From the NCBI GenBank assembly GCA_029953675.1, contig JAMWBK010000001.1:1798001-1862000 (forward strand): 64,000 bases of DNA. Direction: 5' to 3'. A program made the position numbers and the translations under genes. Below are positions 11,930-25,668 of the stretch, piece after piece. Below the pieces are notes generated by a model. That model worked only from the letters and a program-made list of their open reading frames with translations. It ran no database searches and was not told where the DNA came from. Position 1 is the stretch's first letter; each line of letters starts with the position of its first letter. Source of the DNA: Rhodosorus marinus CCMP1338. Taxonomy: Eukaryota > Plantae > Rhodophyta.

Positions 11930-14065
11930 ATGTCGTTTCAGGAGCTCGGACTACGTAATGATCTTTGTCGCTTCTTGACGGAAGACCTAGGATGGGCAAT
12001 CCCGAGACCAGTTCAAGCGGAAACCATTGCGCAAATGTTATGCGGGCGAGACCTCTGTGTGGTGGCACCTACAGGCTCGGGGAAAACGGCGGCATTTTGT
12101 CTTCCGCTCGTCCAACGATGCATTGAAACACAGCTAAAGCCATCCCAACCTGTAAAGCATTCGACTGACACGCTCAAGTGGCGAGCTGAAAACTGTAACA
12201 TTAAAAGCTCCAATATCTCCGCTCGCCGTGCGAACGGTTGGGGGTATGCCAGAGCCGATATTCCTGTTACCGAAGGAAAATGCTACTACGAAGTCCAAAC
12301 GCTATCTGATGGTATCTGCCGACTTGGATGGGCGACTAGCAATTCTAGCAAGGATCTTGGATCTGATGCTTTTGGTTTCGGCTATGGGGCGACAGGCGTA
12401 AAAGTTCACAACTCGAGCTTCGAAACGTATGGCTCGTCGTTTTCTGCTAAAGGGCGAACAGTGGGTTGTGCTCTGGACACAGAGGCGCGGAAGATGTGGT
12501 TCATATTGGATGGGGTTTCACTCGGCGATGCTTTTGAATATATTCCTACAGCGCCGCTCTTTCCCGCGATCTGCGTCAAGGACGCGACAGTGCGCGTCAT
12601 TTTTGAAGCCGCCAAGCTGAAATTTGATCCTCCGCCTGGATTCAAGGCTTTGTTAGGGATGAGCTCGAAACGTCGCGGACAGACCTCATCTCAGAGTCCT
12701 CTAGCTGTCATCGTTGAGCCCAATGCTGATCTCGCTTTGCAGGTGTATAGTTTCCTTGTATCCTGCACATCGCAGCTGGAGGGTGATCTACGGATACCTA
12801 TCGGTGGTTCGGCAAAAAGAACTGAAAGGTCGAACGGAGTAGAGGGAAATGGAGGAATCTTGGTAGCCACGCCGGCTCGACTAGATGATCTATGCTCCTC
12901 GGGCCAGCTCAGCCTTAATACAACCAAAATGATTGTTGTGGATGAAGCAGACGTCCTCGCGAGCTCCTCCACGAAGCAGATCCGGAAGATATGTGACTTT
13001 CCACTTGAACAATCGCAGGTTTCTTTCTTTTCAGCAACGCTTCCTTCAGCGGCCCTGAACTCTCTGTCATCAGATCTGCAAGTCAATCCAGAATGGGTAA
13101 AGCTGCATGGTCTGCCCATCCCTACGTCTGTTCATATTCTCGTCCACTACATTTCTAAAACCAATGCGGGGCTCCCCAGTCACGGGCCGCAGCCTTTGGA
13201 TGCCGAGGGACTCGAGGAAAATTCAAATCTGCCTCGGGTCGAATTACATCCACAGAAGGTTGTAATGCTCATGCAGATCATTTCAGAACTCTCAATTGGG
13301 AGGGCTATAGTCTACGTCCGAACACGAAAGGAGGCTGACGGACTCAGCAAAGCTCTACATTCTAATGGGATCTCGTCGATTGTGCATGGGTCTTCTCCCC
13401 GGGCGGTTGAAGAGTTTCGATCCGGCAAAGTCCGTTTTCTCGTTGCTAGTGACGGAGGGGAACGGGGACTAGACATACCAGATCTGGATTATGTCGTTCT
13501 TTTGTCGGTGCCAGAGTCGACCCACAAGTTTGTGCACCGAGTGGGCAGAATTGGTATGAACTAGCCAGCAACAGCTACTAGTCCGATTGAAAACTTGAAT
13601 TGTGGGGGCGCTGAAGACGAGCATCTTTGCTACCTCTCGATCGAACAGGACGAAACAATCGCCGCGGAAAGGCTTTCGTAATAGCGTCTCCGAACAAGGA
13701 GAAGGTATGGGGGGCGCTGCCATGAAGCTACCATCTCATTTTGGCGAGAGCTGAGGTTTAACTCTTCGTAATGCTGCGCCCAGGTTTGGTACCACACGTG
13801 TCGCAAAGGCCATAGTACCTGTAAAAATATCGATAGGTGCACTAGGTGGATGGACGAGGCCAACTCGCTGGAGAAAATTGACCGAGAACTCGGCGGAGTC
13901 CTGAAGTACGTAGATGATCAGCAAGGTGGAACCGCAGCAACCGGGAGAACCGTCACAGTTCCCGACTTATATCACCTCCATACTCTCCCTGCTACTCGAA
14001 GACTCGCTGAACTGGAACGCGCAGCCCAGCTTTCATACCTTTCGTACCTACAAAACAAACGCTAA
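11930..14065 (+). CDS. DDX1: DEAD-box RNA helicase DDX1 with SPRY insertion, 3 exons
   Basis: APTGSGKT; SPRY block (GKCYYEV...CRLGWAT...GFGYGATGVK); VVDEAD; SAT; HRVGRIG|RNNRRG; after two introns EK|VWYHTC and LAELERAAQLSYL, as in the DDX1 C-terminus. Confidence 0.9.
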
Positions 14066-15046
14066 ACATGCAGAATCCGCTTACACACTGAATACATATA
14101 CTTTTTTTCTAACATCCTAAAGCATCTACGCAACAGCAACTAACCAAGACTACTTAATCTTTCTCTGCGAACTAAAATACCTCCATTCCCTCGGCAATAT
14201 CCCAGATTACCACCTCCCCACAGTCCATTTCCACCTAGCAAAGAAGCCCGAAAACAGCGCGTTCACCGGAGGGGTCAACGTGTACAAACAACTTAACCGT
14301 AAATACACAAAAAAAAATATGTACTCAATCATCTGATTCTAAGTTCAATCATCTAACCAGTGATTGTAGTTCCATCTTAATTTCAGTTTTCGCTTATTTT
14401 TGTTCGTACATAATCTTTCGTAGTAAAAAGTACAAATTTATACTATTATGATGATCTCCGAGGCAGAAAGCCAAAATGGATTTATTTTACTTTTTTCATT
14501 AAAAAACGTCTCTGTGGAAAAATTGATCCAATGTTGACCAATGTTACCTTTTCGGTTTTATAAAAGAAATGGAAAATCGGGGTCGTCCCGAATTGAATTG
14601 AATTGCAAAATAAATAGAAAATCCTAACTAGTTCATAGGAAACCGGTAACGAAATTTTTTTTTTAGGGGCTGTTGATATGATTCTAAATGTACATATTCT
14701 TCTTTTAATTTTTTTGAAAGAGGTATTTATGCAAAAATTTGTACTTGCCGAGGAGGGGTAGGGCAGAGATGTTTTTCTTGTTTGGCATGTATTTGGGGGA
14801 TTTCTTGTCTAGTGGGAGAGGAGGCTTCACAGGTATAAGAGGGTAAGTTTGGAACGCTTTTGGAGTTGGAGGGGGAGGGTTGAAGAAGATGTCAGTGGGA
14901 GATTAGTTCGGGGACGTTGTTCTTGTCCTTGTGTTCTAAGGTACTTCTGCGGTGCTGGTTTTTTTGTTTTGAGTTTGGGTTGGTAGGAGGGTGGGTAATG
15001 GGTAAGGTTTTTTGAAGTGGCAGAGCGTGGGTGTAAGTGTCTAGCG

Positions 15047-16946
15047 ATGGGGGGAGGTTTGGGATTTGTTGCTGGAATTTCGGGTCTGAATAGGCAAAGG
15101 AATTTCCGGAGCGAGTCTTACTTGCGGAGAGGTCGGGATGGGTCTTCACTGTGCCGTAGTCGGCGGGTTATTACGAGGATGACAGCTGCGGAGGAGAGCG
15201 AGAACAAATACCAGCGTGAAGAGGCTGAGCTTCTCAATACTCTCAAGGCTATCATAGATCCGGACTTGGGCAAGGATATTGTTACGCTTGGGTTTGTTCA
15301 GGAGATACAGTTCGCAGTGGACGGGGATAAATTGAAAGTTTCCTTCAACGTCGAACTGACAACGCCCGCGTGCCCCATCAAGGACCAGTTCCGAATCGAC
15401 TGCAAGGACCTAGCGGAATCTTTGCCGTTCATCTCCACTGCGGACGTCAACATGACAGCTGTCGACGTTTCAACAACTGTGCGTGAAGCGAAACAGTACC
15501 GTTTTGGTATGGACAAGACCCTTGCTCGATTTCTACTCACACCAGTGACCAGCGACACTTGCATGTCGTGCTTTCTGCTCGTTCGACTGGATTATAGGTA
15601 AACGGCGCTCTCAAGGGCGTTAGGAGCGTCATCGCGGTAGCCAGCTGCAAAGGAGGAGTTGGGAAAAGCACAACTGCGGTCAACCTGGCTTACGCGCTCT
15701 CCAAGGCGGGCGCCAGAGTCGGAATAATGGATGCAGACATCTACGGACCAAGCCTGCCCACAATGGTTAGCAAAACCGCAACAGAGGTTTACGTTGAGAA
15801 GGAAACTGAGAGTCAGAAAATGGGTGTTTTGATAGGTTGTACCAGAATCCGACATGGTCGAGTTTGAGGAGGGTTTAATCAAGCCTTTGCGATACGAAGG
15901 TGTGAAGCTCATGTCGTTCGGATACGTCAACAGCGACTCCGCAATTATGAGAGGTCCAATGATCGCGAACATGTTATCGCAGCTTCTTACTACCACCAAT
16001 TGGGGTGAACTCGACTATCTCATAATAGACATGCCGCCAGGTAAGAAAATACTTGCCCATTGTTCTTTTTGGTGTGCTACGTGGAACTTGACGCAGAGGC
16101 GTCTTCGGAGTTTTTGAACCTCGCTGGAAATAGGCTCACCATGGTTCATCAATTCACCTGTATGGAATAGGTACTGGCGATGTCCAGCTAACGCTGAGCC
16201 AGAACCTGAATATCACTGCGGCTGTCATCGTGACAACACCACAGAAGCTTTCCTTTGTGGACGTAGTAAAGGGACTCGACATGTTCATGAAGGTGAACGT
16301 TCCCAGCATAGCGGTTGTCGAAAATATGTCCTACTTTGAAGCACCAGATACGAAAATCAAGCACTACATATTCGGCTCCGGATACACTCAAAGACTTAAG
16401 AATCAGTTTGGAATTCAGAACAGCTTTGGCATCCCAATTGAGACTGATCTCGCGGAGAAATGCGATGCAGGTGTGCCGTTTGTCGTCTCGGAGCCGGACT
16501 CTGAAACCAGTCTAATCTACGATGACATTGCTAAATCTGTGGTCATGGAGGTTGCCAAGATTCAGCACGGAGCGCTCCCCCTTCCCAAAATCCAGTTTGA
16601 CAAGGAATCGGGTCTAATTGAGGTTGTGGTGGAGGGCTCACCAAAGCAGGAGGTTGTTCCAGTCAAGTTAAGGCGACAATGTAGATGTGCGCTGTGTATA
16701 GATGAAATGACTGGAGTTAAGGTTTTGAAGGACGAGGATGTGCCGGAAAGCATATCTCCCCGTGCTATCAGACCAATCGGAAACTATGCCACCCAAATCG
16801 ACTGGAGTGACGGCCACACAAGCCTCTATCCTTTTTCGAAGTTTGTTGACGCTTGGGTGGAGGGACCAAGACAAGTGGAAGGAAAAGCGGAACAAGTGGC
16901 AGGAAAAGCGGAACAAGTAGAAGAACCAGAGCTGGCGACTGCATGA
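15047..16946 (+). CDS. HCF101: HCF101-type plastid Fe-S cluster scaffold (DUF59 + Mrp/NBP35 P-loop + DUF971)
   Basis: Transit peptide; [16 protein letters not shown]...ELTTPACP; [12 protein letters not shown]; [14 protein letters not shown]; VTTPQ; C-terminal [15 protein letters not shown]...IDWSDGH. Confidence 0.92.
16871..16924 (+). repeat. 21-bp in-frame tandem repeat (about 2.5 copies) at the HCF101 C-terminus
   Basis: acaagtggaaggaaaagcgga / acaagtggcaggaaaagcgga / acaagtagaaga, encoding [18 protein letters not shown]. Confidence 0.85.
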
Positions 16947-17214
16947 TTTTGTTTGGTATTTCAACAAGGTTTCGTTGTGTCGTGAAGTAGAATTATGGGC
17001 GCACACTACCAACGATTAAAGACTCTTGATACGTGGAAAGTATAGAATTCTTTGCGCTTTTCAAGTACGCTCAAATGCAACTCCATCTTTAGCTTCTGAT
17101 TAACAACCGCAACAGTTCATTTGGCACTCGAGACAAGCGCAAGCTTCTTCCGATGGAAGCCCTACTCTGCAAGTTTCAGCGAATGTGAAGGCTACCCCAT
17201 CACAGCTTCCCCGT

Positions 17215-19874
17215 CTATGATTCGCTGAGAGTCTGCAGATGCAGTAACAAAGGTACTGCGACTAGGCCCCCCGCAACTTCCTGATGTAGAACAACCGGAT
17301 CTCGTCCATTGGCGGGTATAGAAACAACTGGGACTTGAAGCTCTTGCGACAGTGAGTTCTTGCAAAGAAATGGATCTACAGAAGAAAACAAGCGAACGGA
17401 TAAAACCGAGCCCACCGCCTGAGCTTCTGACTTCAAGTACTCAACTACCGCTGAAAGGCCATCCGTCACCCCTCCTTCAACACCGATCTGCACACAAAAC
17501 ATATTACAAGCTCATTCAGCCAAGGAAGTAGAGCTTTTCGTGGTTTTCGGTTTCCTGCAGACGAACGCCTACCTGCCAAAAAGAGCGCTTGGCTAAGGTT
17601 CTTTTTGAAGAGAAGAGCTTGCAGCCTAAAACTGTTTCTTCCATGAACGAGCAGCGGGCCCTCTCCTCTCCAACACGAGTACCATCGCAGCACAGTTCAA
17701 CCACAGCAGACCTCGGTAGGCCCGTAACTTCAACCAAACTTATCATGGGCATGTTGTTATCCCACGTACGTGCTAGCTCCTCAGCAACAGCCTTCATTGA
17801 CTCGTTCGATGCCAATCTTGTGTACGCCGTAACCTGAATGAGCCGGTCTAGCGAACTTCTTCAAAAAAAACAACAGGAGCAGAGAACATTGGATCAATCG
17901 AGTCAGCCTCTGGACCACCTCGTTTGTGAAGTCAGAGTTCTTCCAAGCGCTGGACTGTGACCTCAATAGGAGGTTGAGTACTTGATGACAAACTCTGGGC
18001 ACCGGTAAGCTCACTTTGACTCTATCGCGACTGACTCCAAGTTGGACACGGTCAACCGCGTCTGGTCGATTGGACCCATTCCGCTTGGAATGTCAGCGGT
18101 TGGCGGAAAGAGGGGAATCACTCCAGCGAGATGGACAACCTCCGAGACGCCATTGCTCTGCGCGTATGGTCCAATACAAGGAGGTGCCCATTCCGATATT
18201 GACTGTACATGAAGGGTTTCTCTTCTTCCAGACGTCACCGCTACGTCGACACGTGTACCGGCTCCACATTCGATGCAAGCGCGGGCGGAGGGCTCTTTCG
18301 CGGGCAGAAACGCGCAGTACTCTTTGTTAATCAACCCAAAATTTGACATGTCGGAAATGTACAGGTAGATGTAGTAGGCATGTGTGAAATTGGATCCCAG
18401 TGCAGCCATTTTTTCTTCAATGGCTTTCATCGCCTTGCACATTCCGAGAGTACCTTCTTCCTTGCATTCTGCGGAGAAGAAAGCAAACCTTTGCGGGACT
18501 TGATTCAGAAACGAAGCTCCGTCGCCAGTTGGGAATGCTTCAGCGGAAACGGGACTCCGCACTTACTCTCCTTTAACGATGCTTGACAAAGATGTGTCAG
18601 ATATCAACGATGTAATAGATGATCTTTCACTGGGTGAGTCCTCTTCCACGTCCTCAGTGCTGCGCTGTGGTTGTAAAACGGGGGTTGACACTTTTGAAGC
18701 CTCCTTGTCCACTAAGTGGAAGTTGTCGACCTTGAGATATCCCACTGGAGCGTACTTATCTTCATTCGTCACAACCACAGTCGAGCTATCGATTACTGGT
18801 AGTCATTCCGACAGGTACGAGACAGAGCACGACTAAGCACTAGCGTCGAAATGGCACCAAAGTAATGCCTCTTTGTGATGGAGGTCGACTTTCCTAAGAA
18901 CGGATGAGATATGAGGTAGAAACTACGCACCAATTCGTCGTTTGAACATTGGGCAGTCCAGGACGAGGGTTTCGAATTCGCCTCCCTCCCCACAAACGCT
19001 CACGCCGTACTTTTCCTCGAGGAGAATCAAATACGGTTCCATAGCCTTGATGCTCTGCTTCAGATGCTTTTTGGGGTGAAGACCAATTGCTGCAACTTTG
19101 ATGAGGATGGCGTCGACCTGGGAAGCCGCAGACCACCCGGATCGCGTTAGGAGCGTTCACATTGACATCAGCGCGTACATACGAGCAAGCTGAAGGTACC
19201 ACGATTTGACTGATTGTTTTACCTGCTGATCGATCATTTCGCGGAGAAGAGCCCGCTGGTCCCTCTTCCATAGATACGCTAAAGATGTCAGACCCAGGCG
19301 AGAACATACGTTTTCTACTCTAAGACGCTGGTAGTTGGACAGTACCTTGCTCAATCGACACAGTAGGGAAGAACTGTCAGGTCTTGAGTTTGTTTCACTG
19401 ACCGATCGTTCGGTTATCACATCCTGATTTTTTCCAGGCTCGTACGTACAGCTCCAGATGAAACGGCCTGGATTTCCGGATACTGAGATTTTACAATCGA
19501 CAAGAGTTGACAAAGGTCCTCAACTTCGTCACCTGGAGTCGGTTCGTAAGCCAAATCTGAATTAGCCAGCTTGGCTTTGGTCTCCAAGCGCACCAGTGGG
19601 ACTCCCAGGCACTCGCTGTACGCCTCGATCACTTTAAGATGAATTGTGAAGACGAAAATATCTCAGCTGTCTACTTCCAAGGAGTGTTGGGGAACCGTCG
19701 CTCCAGGCGTATACCTTCATGACCCACAGTTTGGTACATATAGGAATCCGCCTCATCAACATTACTAAGCGGCTTCAGATTTGCGAGAGCGACCAGTTCA
19801 TGTCCATACGCCAGGCATTTCATCGCAGCATAGCAGCTGTCCTTGCCCCCGCTAACCAGCGCGACGACCTTCAT
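17215..19874 (-). CDS. DPH6: Diphthine-ammonia ligase with C-terminal RidA/YjgF-like domains
   Basis: MKVVALVSGGKDSC, DSYMYQTVGH, GDEVEDL, VSSGA, QRLRVENVCSRLGL, AYLWKRDQ; later PSARACI and LHVQSISEWAPPCIGPYAQ. Confidence 0.92.
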
Positions 19875-19898
19875 TGTCGCTTGTATTTGATGTCGTTG

Positions 19899-20825
19899 TT
19901 AGTCCTTAAACAACAGCCCACATCTTCCCGTTGTTCTCCACCGCGCGCGAAGCTCTAGAAACATGGTGCCTCGACTGCAGAGTTTGCAAAGACCATCGCT
20001 CCGAGCACTAAGAGCTCGGTGGCAATATCTGCACCGCGAAACATCCGGCTGACGAACGTAGTAAAGCCGTGTTGTCACCAAAGAATCTATATGTCTGATA
20101 CGAACCTCAGAGATACTATCAATAAGCAAGTTTCAGGGCAGCTCGAGGTCCTCCTGAGAAGTTTCCTACCGCCTTCCATCGTCCAAGCAAACACACTGTC
20201 CCAGCTTGCTTAGCGACACCAAGCGTTCGCTCAGGAGGTTCTCTGATACCGTCACGTTTTGAGAGAGAAACTGCAAATATAATACTAATGTTTAAATGCT
20301 CTGAATGTATTATCCATGAACACGTTCAAGTCAGTCGAGGTTCTCAAGATGATGCACAGACTTTTCATGACCATGGCGCCTGTGAAGAGTAATGGGACAG
20401 TCCCACCTGAGGCAATAACATGCTAGATAGGATTTTGAAGCGCTCTTCAATGACTGTTGCTACTCAAGCAGAAGATATGACAAGGAAAGAACTGCAGCCA
20501 AAGAATTGCAACATCATCTAGGGCTGACTGGGTCCAGCAATATTCATAAATGACCTGGAATCGATTTTACCCGTTTGAGCCTTAGTTTCTGCACTGGCAT
20601 CGTGTGGGGCCTGCACACAAAGATGAGAAACTCTAGCATCAACGCCTGAAGAGAATCGTAACATCTATGAGCAGCGTGTGCAAGACCGTTTGATATTCTC
20701 CAGATTACGTCCAGGCACTGAATTGTCAAACCAAGAAAGCTATGGGACAGTCCCAAGTAAGATTGTCCCAGCGCAGCTCCAGCTGCGTTTGTAGGAGCTG
20801 AGAGTCGACGAGTTGAGAATGGCAT
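19899..20825 (-). CDS. Unidentified multi-exon gene ending in a CxxC-x10-CxxC zinc-ribbon-like motif
   Basis: The last two exons join in phase (DGRR|ISEVRIRHIDSLVTTRLYYVRQPDVSRCRYCHRALSARSDGLCKLCSRG...FKD*). The 5' exons and start are unresolved, so the start coordinate is approximate. Confidence 0.4.
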
Positions 20826-20998
20826 TCTAGTGGAAGGCTACATGAGGAGCGCAGCGTGAAAGTTTAAACGCATCAGGGTTGACTGATTACTTCTAGGAGC
20901 ACTGCACTGATTTAGAAATGACTTTGGATGATCCAGAAGCGTTTGGTTGACGGCATCGTCGGTGCTTTTGGGAAGGCCTGTTGAGGAAAAACGCCGGA

Positions 20999-23900
20999 AT
21001 GAAAAAGGAAGTGTTGAATGATGAAAAGATGAATGGTGCTGTGGAGGACCTCGCAGCACCAATCAAGAACGCAGAAGACAAGGCAAAGCTTCTTCCGGCG
21101 TTTCTTCAGGTACACTGGATCCCGAACAGGATATTCATCTGTTCGAGAAATTGCAAGAGCTTTCTTGTAATGATCAGCGGGAGCGCACGAATTTTTCCCT
21201 TCGCTCATGTCAATTAATGCTGTCGCAGGTCCGAGGTCTTGTGAGACAGCACATCGACTCTTTCAACTACTTTATCAACGTCGAGATATGGAACATTGTC
21301 AAGGCTAACTCGAAGGTCAACAGCGATGCAGATGCCAATTTCCAGTTGGTTTACACAGATGTTCAAGTTGGGAGACCTAGCGTGGTATGTACACCGGAAC
21401 AGAACTCCGCCTCTAACCTCGGCTTTGGCTTCTTACCTTTAGATCGCGCTGACAATCACCTCTCTTCATTCTGGCTCATCACCTCTAAAACGACCTTATT
21501 TAGGAGGATGAGTTTCGTGCTGCTACTTCCGTAACGCCACAGAAATGTAGGGTACGCGACATCACTTATTCTGCCCCGATAACGGTGGATCTACAGTACA
21601 CTCTTGGGAAAGAAGTAGTCAAGCAGAACGGAATCCTCATCGGAAGACTTCCGATCATGCTCCGATGCTGCCGATGTCTACTCGCAGGCAAAAACGATCT
21701 TGAACTGGCGAAGCTAGGTATCAACTGGATCCGAAACATGACGATGGAGTTGCATCTAGTTAACTCCATCCCCCTTTGCACATCTGGTAACGTAGGAGAA
21801 TGTCCTCTTGACCCTGGTGGATATTTCATTGTCAAAGGAACGGAAAAAGTAGTTCTCACACAGGAGCAGCTTTCCAAGAACAGAATTATTGTCGAGCCAG
21901 ATAGCAAGGGTATGCTTTTTTTGTATTTGGACCCACCGCAGCATGCTACGGCTGCTGAATATGTTCTGTGGTTGTCTTCTTGTGCCTGGACTAGGATTGA
22001 TGAGCGCAACTGTACAGAGCTCTACACATGAGAGAAAATCGAGAACGAATATCATCATGAAGGCGGGGAAGATGTACCTCAAGCACAATACGATCGTTGA
22101 AGATATCCCTGTGGTCATCGTTTTCAAGGCAATGGGGATGGAGAGTGATCAGGAAATTATGCAGTTAATAGGTACGACTTTGGTGGACAGATTGGCGATA
22201 GCCTTTCTCCAAAAGCATTTGTGTTTTCTACACAGTGGACTTATTCCGCGGTCCCAGCTCACGCCCGTACATATTTGTTTTGTGTGTCAGGATCCGAGAG
22301 TGAATTTGTAGAAGCTTTTACGCGAAGCTTAGAAGAGGCGGCTAGCCTAAAAATTTTGACCCAGGAAGCGGCGCTAGCTTACGTCGGAGCAAGGTAATGA
22401 CGAGAACGAATTTAGCCACTGGTCGCCGTAGCTCAGAAAAATTATATTGATCAAGGCCTCTCTCTATGATACGGTAGGATGAGGATCACAAGGGATATGC
22501 CGCGGTCACTAAACCGGACAAACCTGGCGAGGGAGTTTCTAGCCCATACTGTCCTCGCCCATGTACCTGTTGTCGAGTACAATTTTCGAACCAAATGCGT
22601 GTACGTGGCACAGATGGTCCGTCGGATTCTTCTTGCACTAGGAGATTCTTCATGGGTCGACGATCGAGACTACTACGGAAACAAACGTTTGGAACTCGCG
22701 GGTCAGCTCATAGCACTTCTTTTTGAGGATCTGTTCAAGACGTTCAACACCGAAGTGAAAAAAAGAGCTACTCAAACGCTTTCCAAACCACATAGGGCGG
22801 CTCAGTTCAATATTATCAACGTAGGCCCTCACGTCCTTCAAATCTCAAATAACGGTGGAAAGCAGAACCTGTAAGCTAACATGAGAGTGCAATCTCTTCC
22901 TGCTCCATTCCTTTCATTACTGCGTCTCAGTTGTTTCCTGTAAGTATCATTACGAATGGGCTAGAAAGTTCCATATCAACGGGAAACTGGCATGTGGAGA
23001 GATTTAAGATGGATCGCGCGGGAGTGACGCAAGTACTGTCGCGGCTAAGCTTCATCTCCGCGCTCGGGATGATGACAAGAGTGAACTCACAGTTTGAGAA
23101 AACGAGAAAAGTATCGGGTCCAAGGTCCCTCCAACCGTCAACTTGGGGCATGCTCTGTCCTTCAGATACCCCGGAAGGTGAAGCTTGTGGCCTGGTATGG
23201 ATCCAGCTTACCAGTCATCCTATTCAGTCGTTCATATGACTGACATGGTAAGTGCCTTTGGTTTTTTTGGTGTCTTGGTGGTTTGCGGATCCAGGTGAAG
23301 AACTTGGCCCTCATGACGCACGTGACAACGGATGACGAAGCTGGACCGGTGGCGGAACTGCTGTATATACTGGGAACTGAGGATACGAGCGTAGTATCTG
23401 GAGATGAAATTAACGACAAGAGGAACTCTCTTGTGTACCTCAACGGCTTGCTCTTAGGCGTGCACTCCAACCCAGATGCTCTTACCAAGGCCGCGAGAAA
23501 GTTGCGCAGGAAGGGGTTGATTGGAGAATTTGTCTCGGTGTGCCAAATTGAGGGGCAGAACGCTATCTACGTCGCTTGCGATGGTGGAAGGGTATGTCGG
23601 CCTTTGATCATCGTAGAAAACGGAAGTCCAATGGTTACACAGACTCACCTGGACGAGCTCAAGGCGAAAACCCGGGTCTGGAGAGACTTTGTACAAGATG
23701 GCTTGATTGAGTATCTGGACGTCAATGAGGAAAACAACGCATTGATAGCTGTTGATGAGGAGAGCGTCCAAGAGGAGACCACACATATGGAAATTGCTCC
23801 TCTCACCATTCTCGGCGTATGTGCGGGCCTGATCCCGTTCCCAGACCACAACCAAAGTCCTCGGAATACGTACCAATGCGCCATGGGCAAGCAGGCTGTC

Positions 23901-25668
23901 GGCGCCATTGCTTATAACCAACACCGAAGGGTTGATACGCTGCTATACCTCCTGACCTATCCACAGCGGCCAATGGTAGAAACTCAGGTGCTCACCCTGG
24001 TTGGTGGTGACAGGCTTCCAGGTGGCCAGAATGCATCTCTAGCCGTCATGTCTTACTCTGGATATGACATTGAGGATGCTGTGGTACTGAACAAGGCCAG
24101 CCTTGACCGAGGATTTGGTCGCTGCTGTGTCATCAAGAAGTACACCACCAGCCTTAAAAGATACGGAAAAAACAACCTCAGGGACCGCCTTGCTCCCCTA
24201 TCAGCAACGGACAGACCTCCGGGGTCGAGGTATGAAGCTCTCGATGCCGATGGTATTGCCCCGCCGGGAGAGAAGTTGGTTCCGGGTTCTATCTTCGTCA
24301 ACAAGCAGGTGAGCTACACGAAACGAAGGTTGTGAACGAAACAATGCCTGAGTGGATGGTGCCGACGAAGATACAAGCTTTGCTAACCACTTTCGGAACT
24401 GGTACACATCCTTTCCGTCGGTACACGAAATGACCAAATATACTTCGACAGGTGCCATCTGATGCAGCGCTCACTGACGCAATGACAGGCAGTGTCACAG
24501 AGTATCGTGACGCTCCAGTAACCTACAAGGCACCAGTGGCTGGATATGTAGATAAGGTGGTCATCACGTCGAACGAGAACGAGGATTTCCTCATCAAGAC
24601 GATGGTTCGGGAGACTCGGCGGCCAGAAATTGGGGACAAGTTCTCCTCCCGTCACGGACAAAAAGGAGTTTGCGGTTTGATCGTCCCTCAGGAGGACATG
24701 CCGTTCAGTGATCAGGGCATCTGTCCTGATCTAATCATGAACCCGCATGGGTTTCCTAGTAGGATGACGGTCGGGAAGCTCATTGAATTTGTTACGGGCA
24801 AAGCTGCAGTTTTCGAGGGACGTTTTGGGAACGGAACGGCGTTCGCAGGTGATAAAATCGACGAATGTGCGAGAGCGCTGGTGAGAAAAAACCAGCCACG
24901 GCTCCTCTCCCTGCAGGGACTTACAGACGCAAGATCGGGCCTCACAACTAAATGGCTTTTGATGTGAATCCGCATCTGTTGTGCTTCGTCAGGTGAAAGC
25001 CGGTTATAGCTACACCGGCAAGGATTTTTTCTATAGCGGGATGACTGGTGAGCCGCTGCGTGGATACGTTTTCGCTGGTCCGATTTTTTATCAAAAGCTC
25101 AAGCACATGGTTAAGGATAAGATGCACGCAAGATCCAGAGGGCCAAGAGCGCTGCTGACAAGACAGCCAACGGAGGGTCGCTCCAGAGGTAGGCCCGGAT
25201 TTTCGCAGGGAACGAAATGCTGTGTTGACGTTGTTTTGACAAGGACCTTCCGCCTTCCGTTGCCAAAAATTGACAAGCAGATGGCGGACTACGTCTCGGA
25301 GAAATGGAAAGGGACTGTCTCATCGGCTATGGGGCGTCCATGTTGCTCATGGAGCGTTTGGTACATAGCAGTGATGCGTTTACTATTTACGTGTGCCAGA
25401 AATGTGGTCTCATAGGTTACAAGGGCTGGTGCCAACATTGCAAGAGCGGGGTAGAGGTAATTATGGAAGATATCTCGGTTGACTACTAGCTCTTACTAGA
25501 AGCAGTACAAGACTAACCAGGCCGGACCTTTTTCCCTCCGGTTTGGGCCTGTTGCCTAATGTGTTTTGCAAGGTTGCACCTCTTCGCATACCATACGCTT
25601 GCAAGCTGCTCTTCCAGGAACTGCTTGCGATGAATGTCGTGCCTCGTTTGACACTTACAGACCCTTAA
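20999..25668 (+). CDS. RPC2: RNA polymerase III second-largest subunit, multi-exon
   Basis: LLPAFLQ|[20 protein letters not shown]; [19 protein letters not shown]; [16 protein letters not shown]; [17 protein letters not shown]; [12 protein letters not shown]; [11 protein letters not shown]; [14 protein letters not shown]. Confidence 0.97.

Noticed and set aside
13540-13564. DDX1 apparently truncated right after motif VI
   Set aside because: Two GT-AG introns restore the normal DDX1 C-terminus up to 14065.
20912-21208. Minus-strand ORF overlapping the first RPC2 exon
   Set aside because: Antisense to RPC2 exon 1 and intron 1; no evidence it is the start of the neighbouring orphan.
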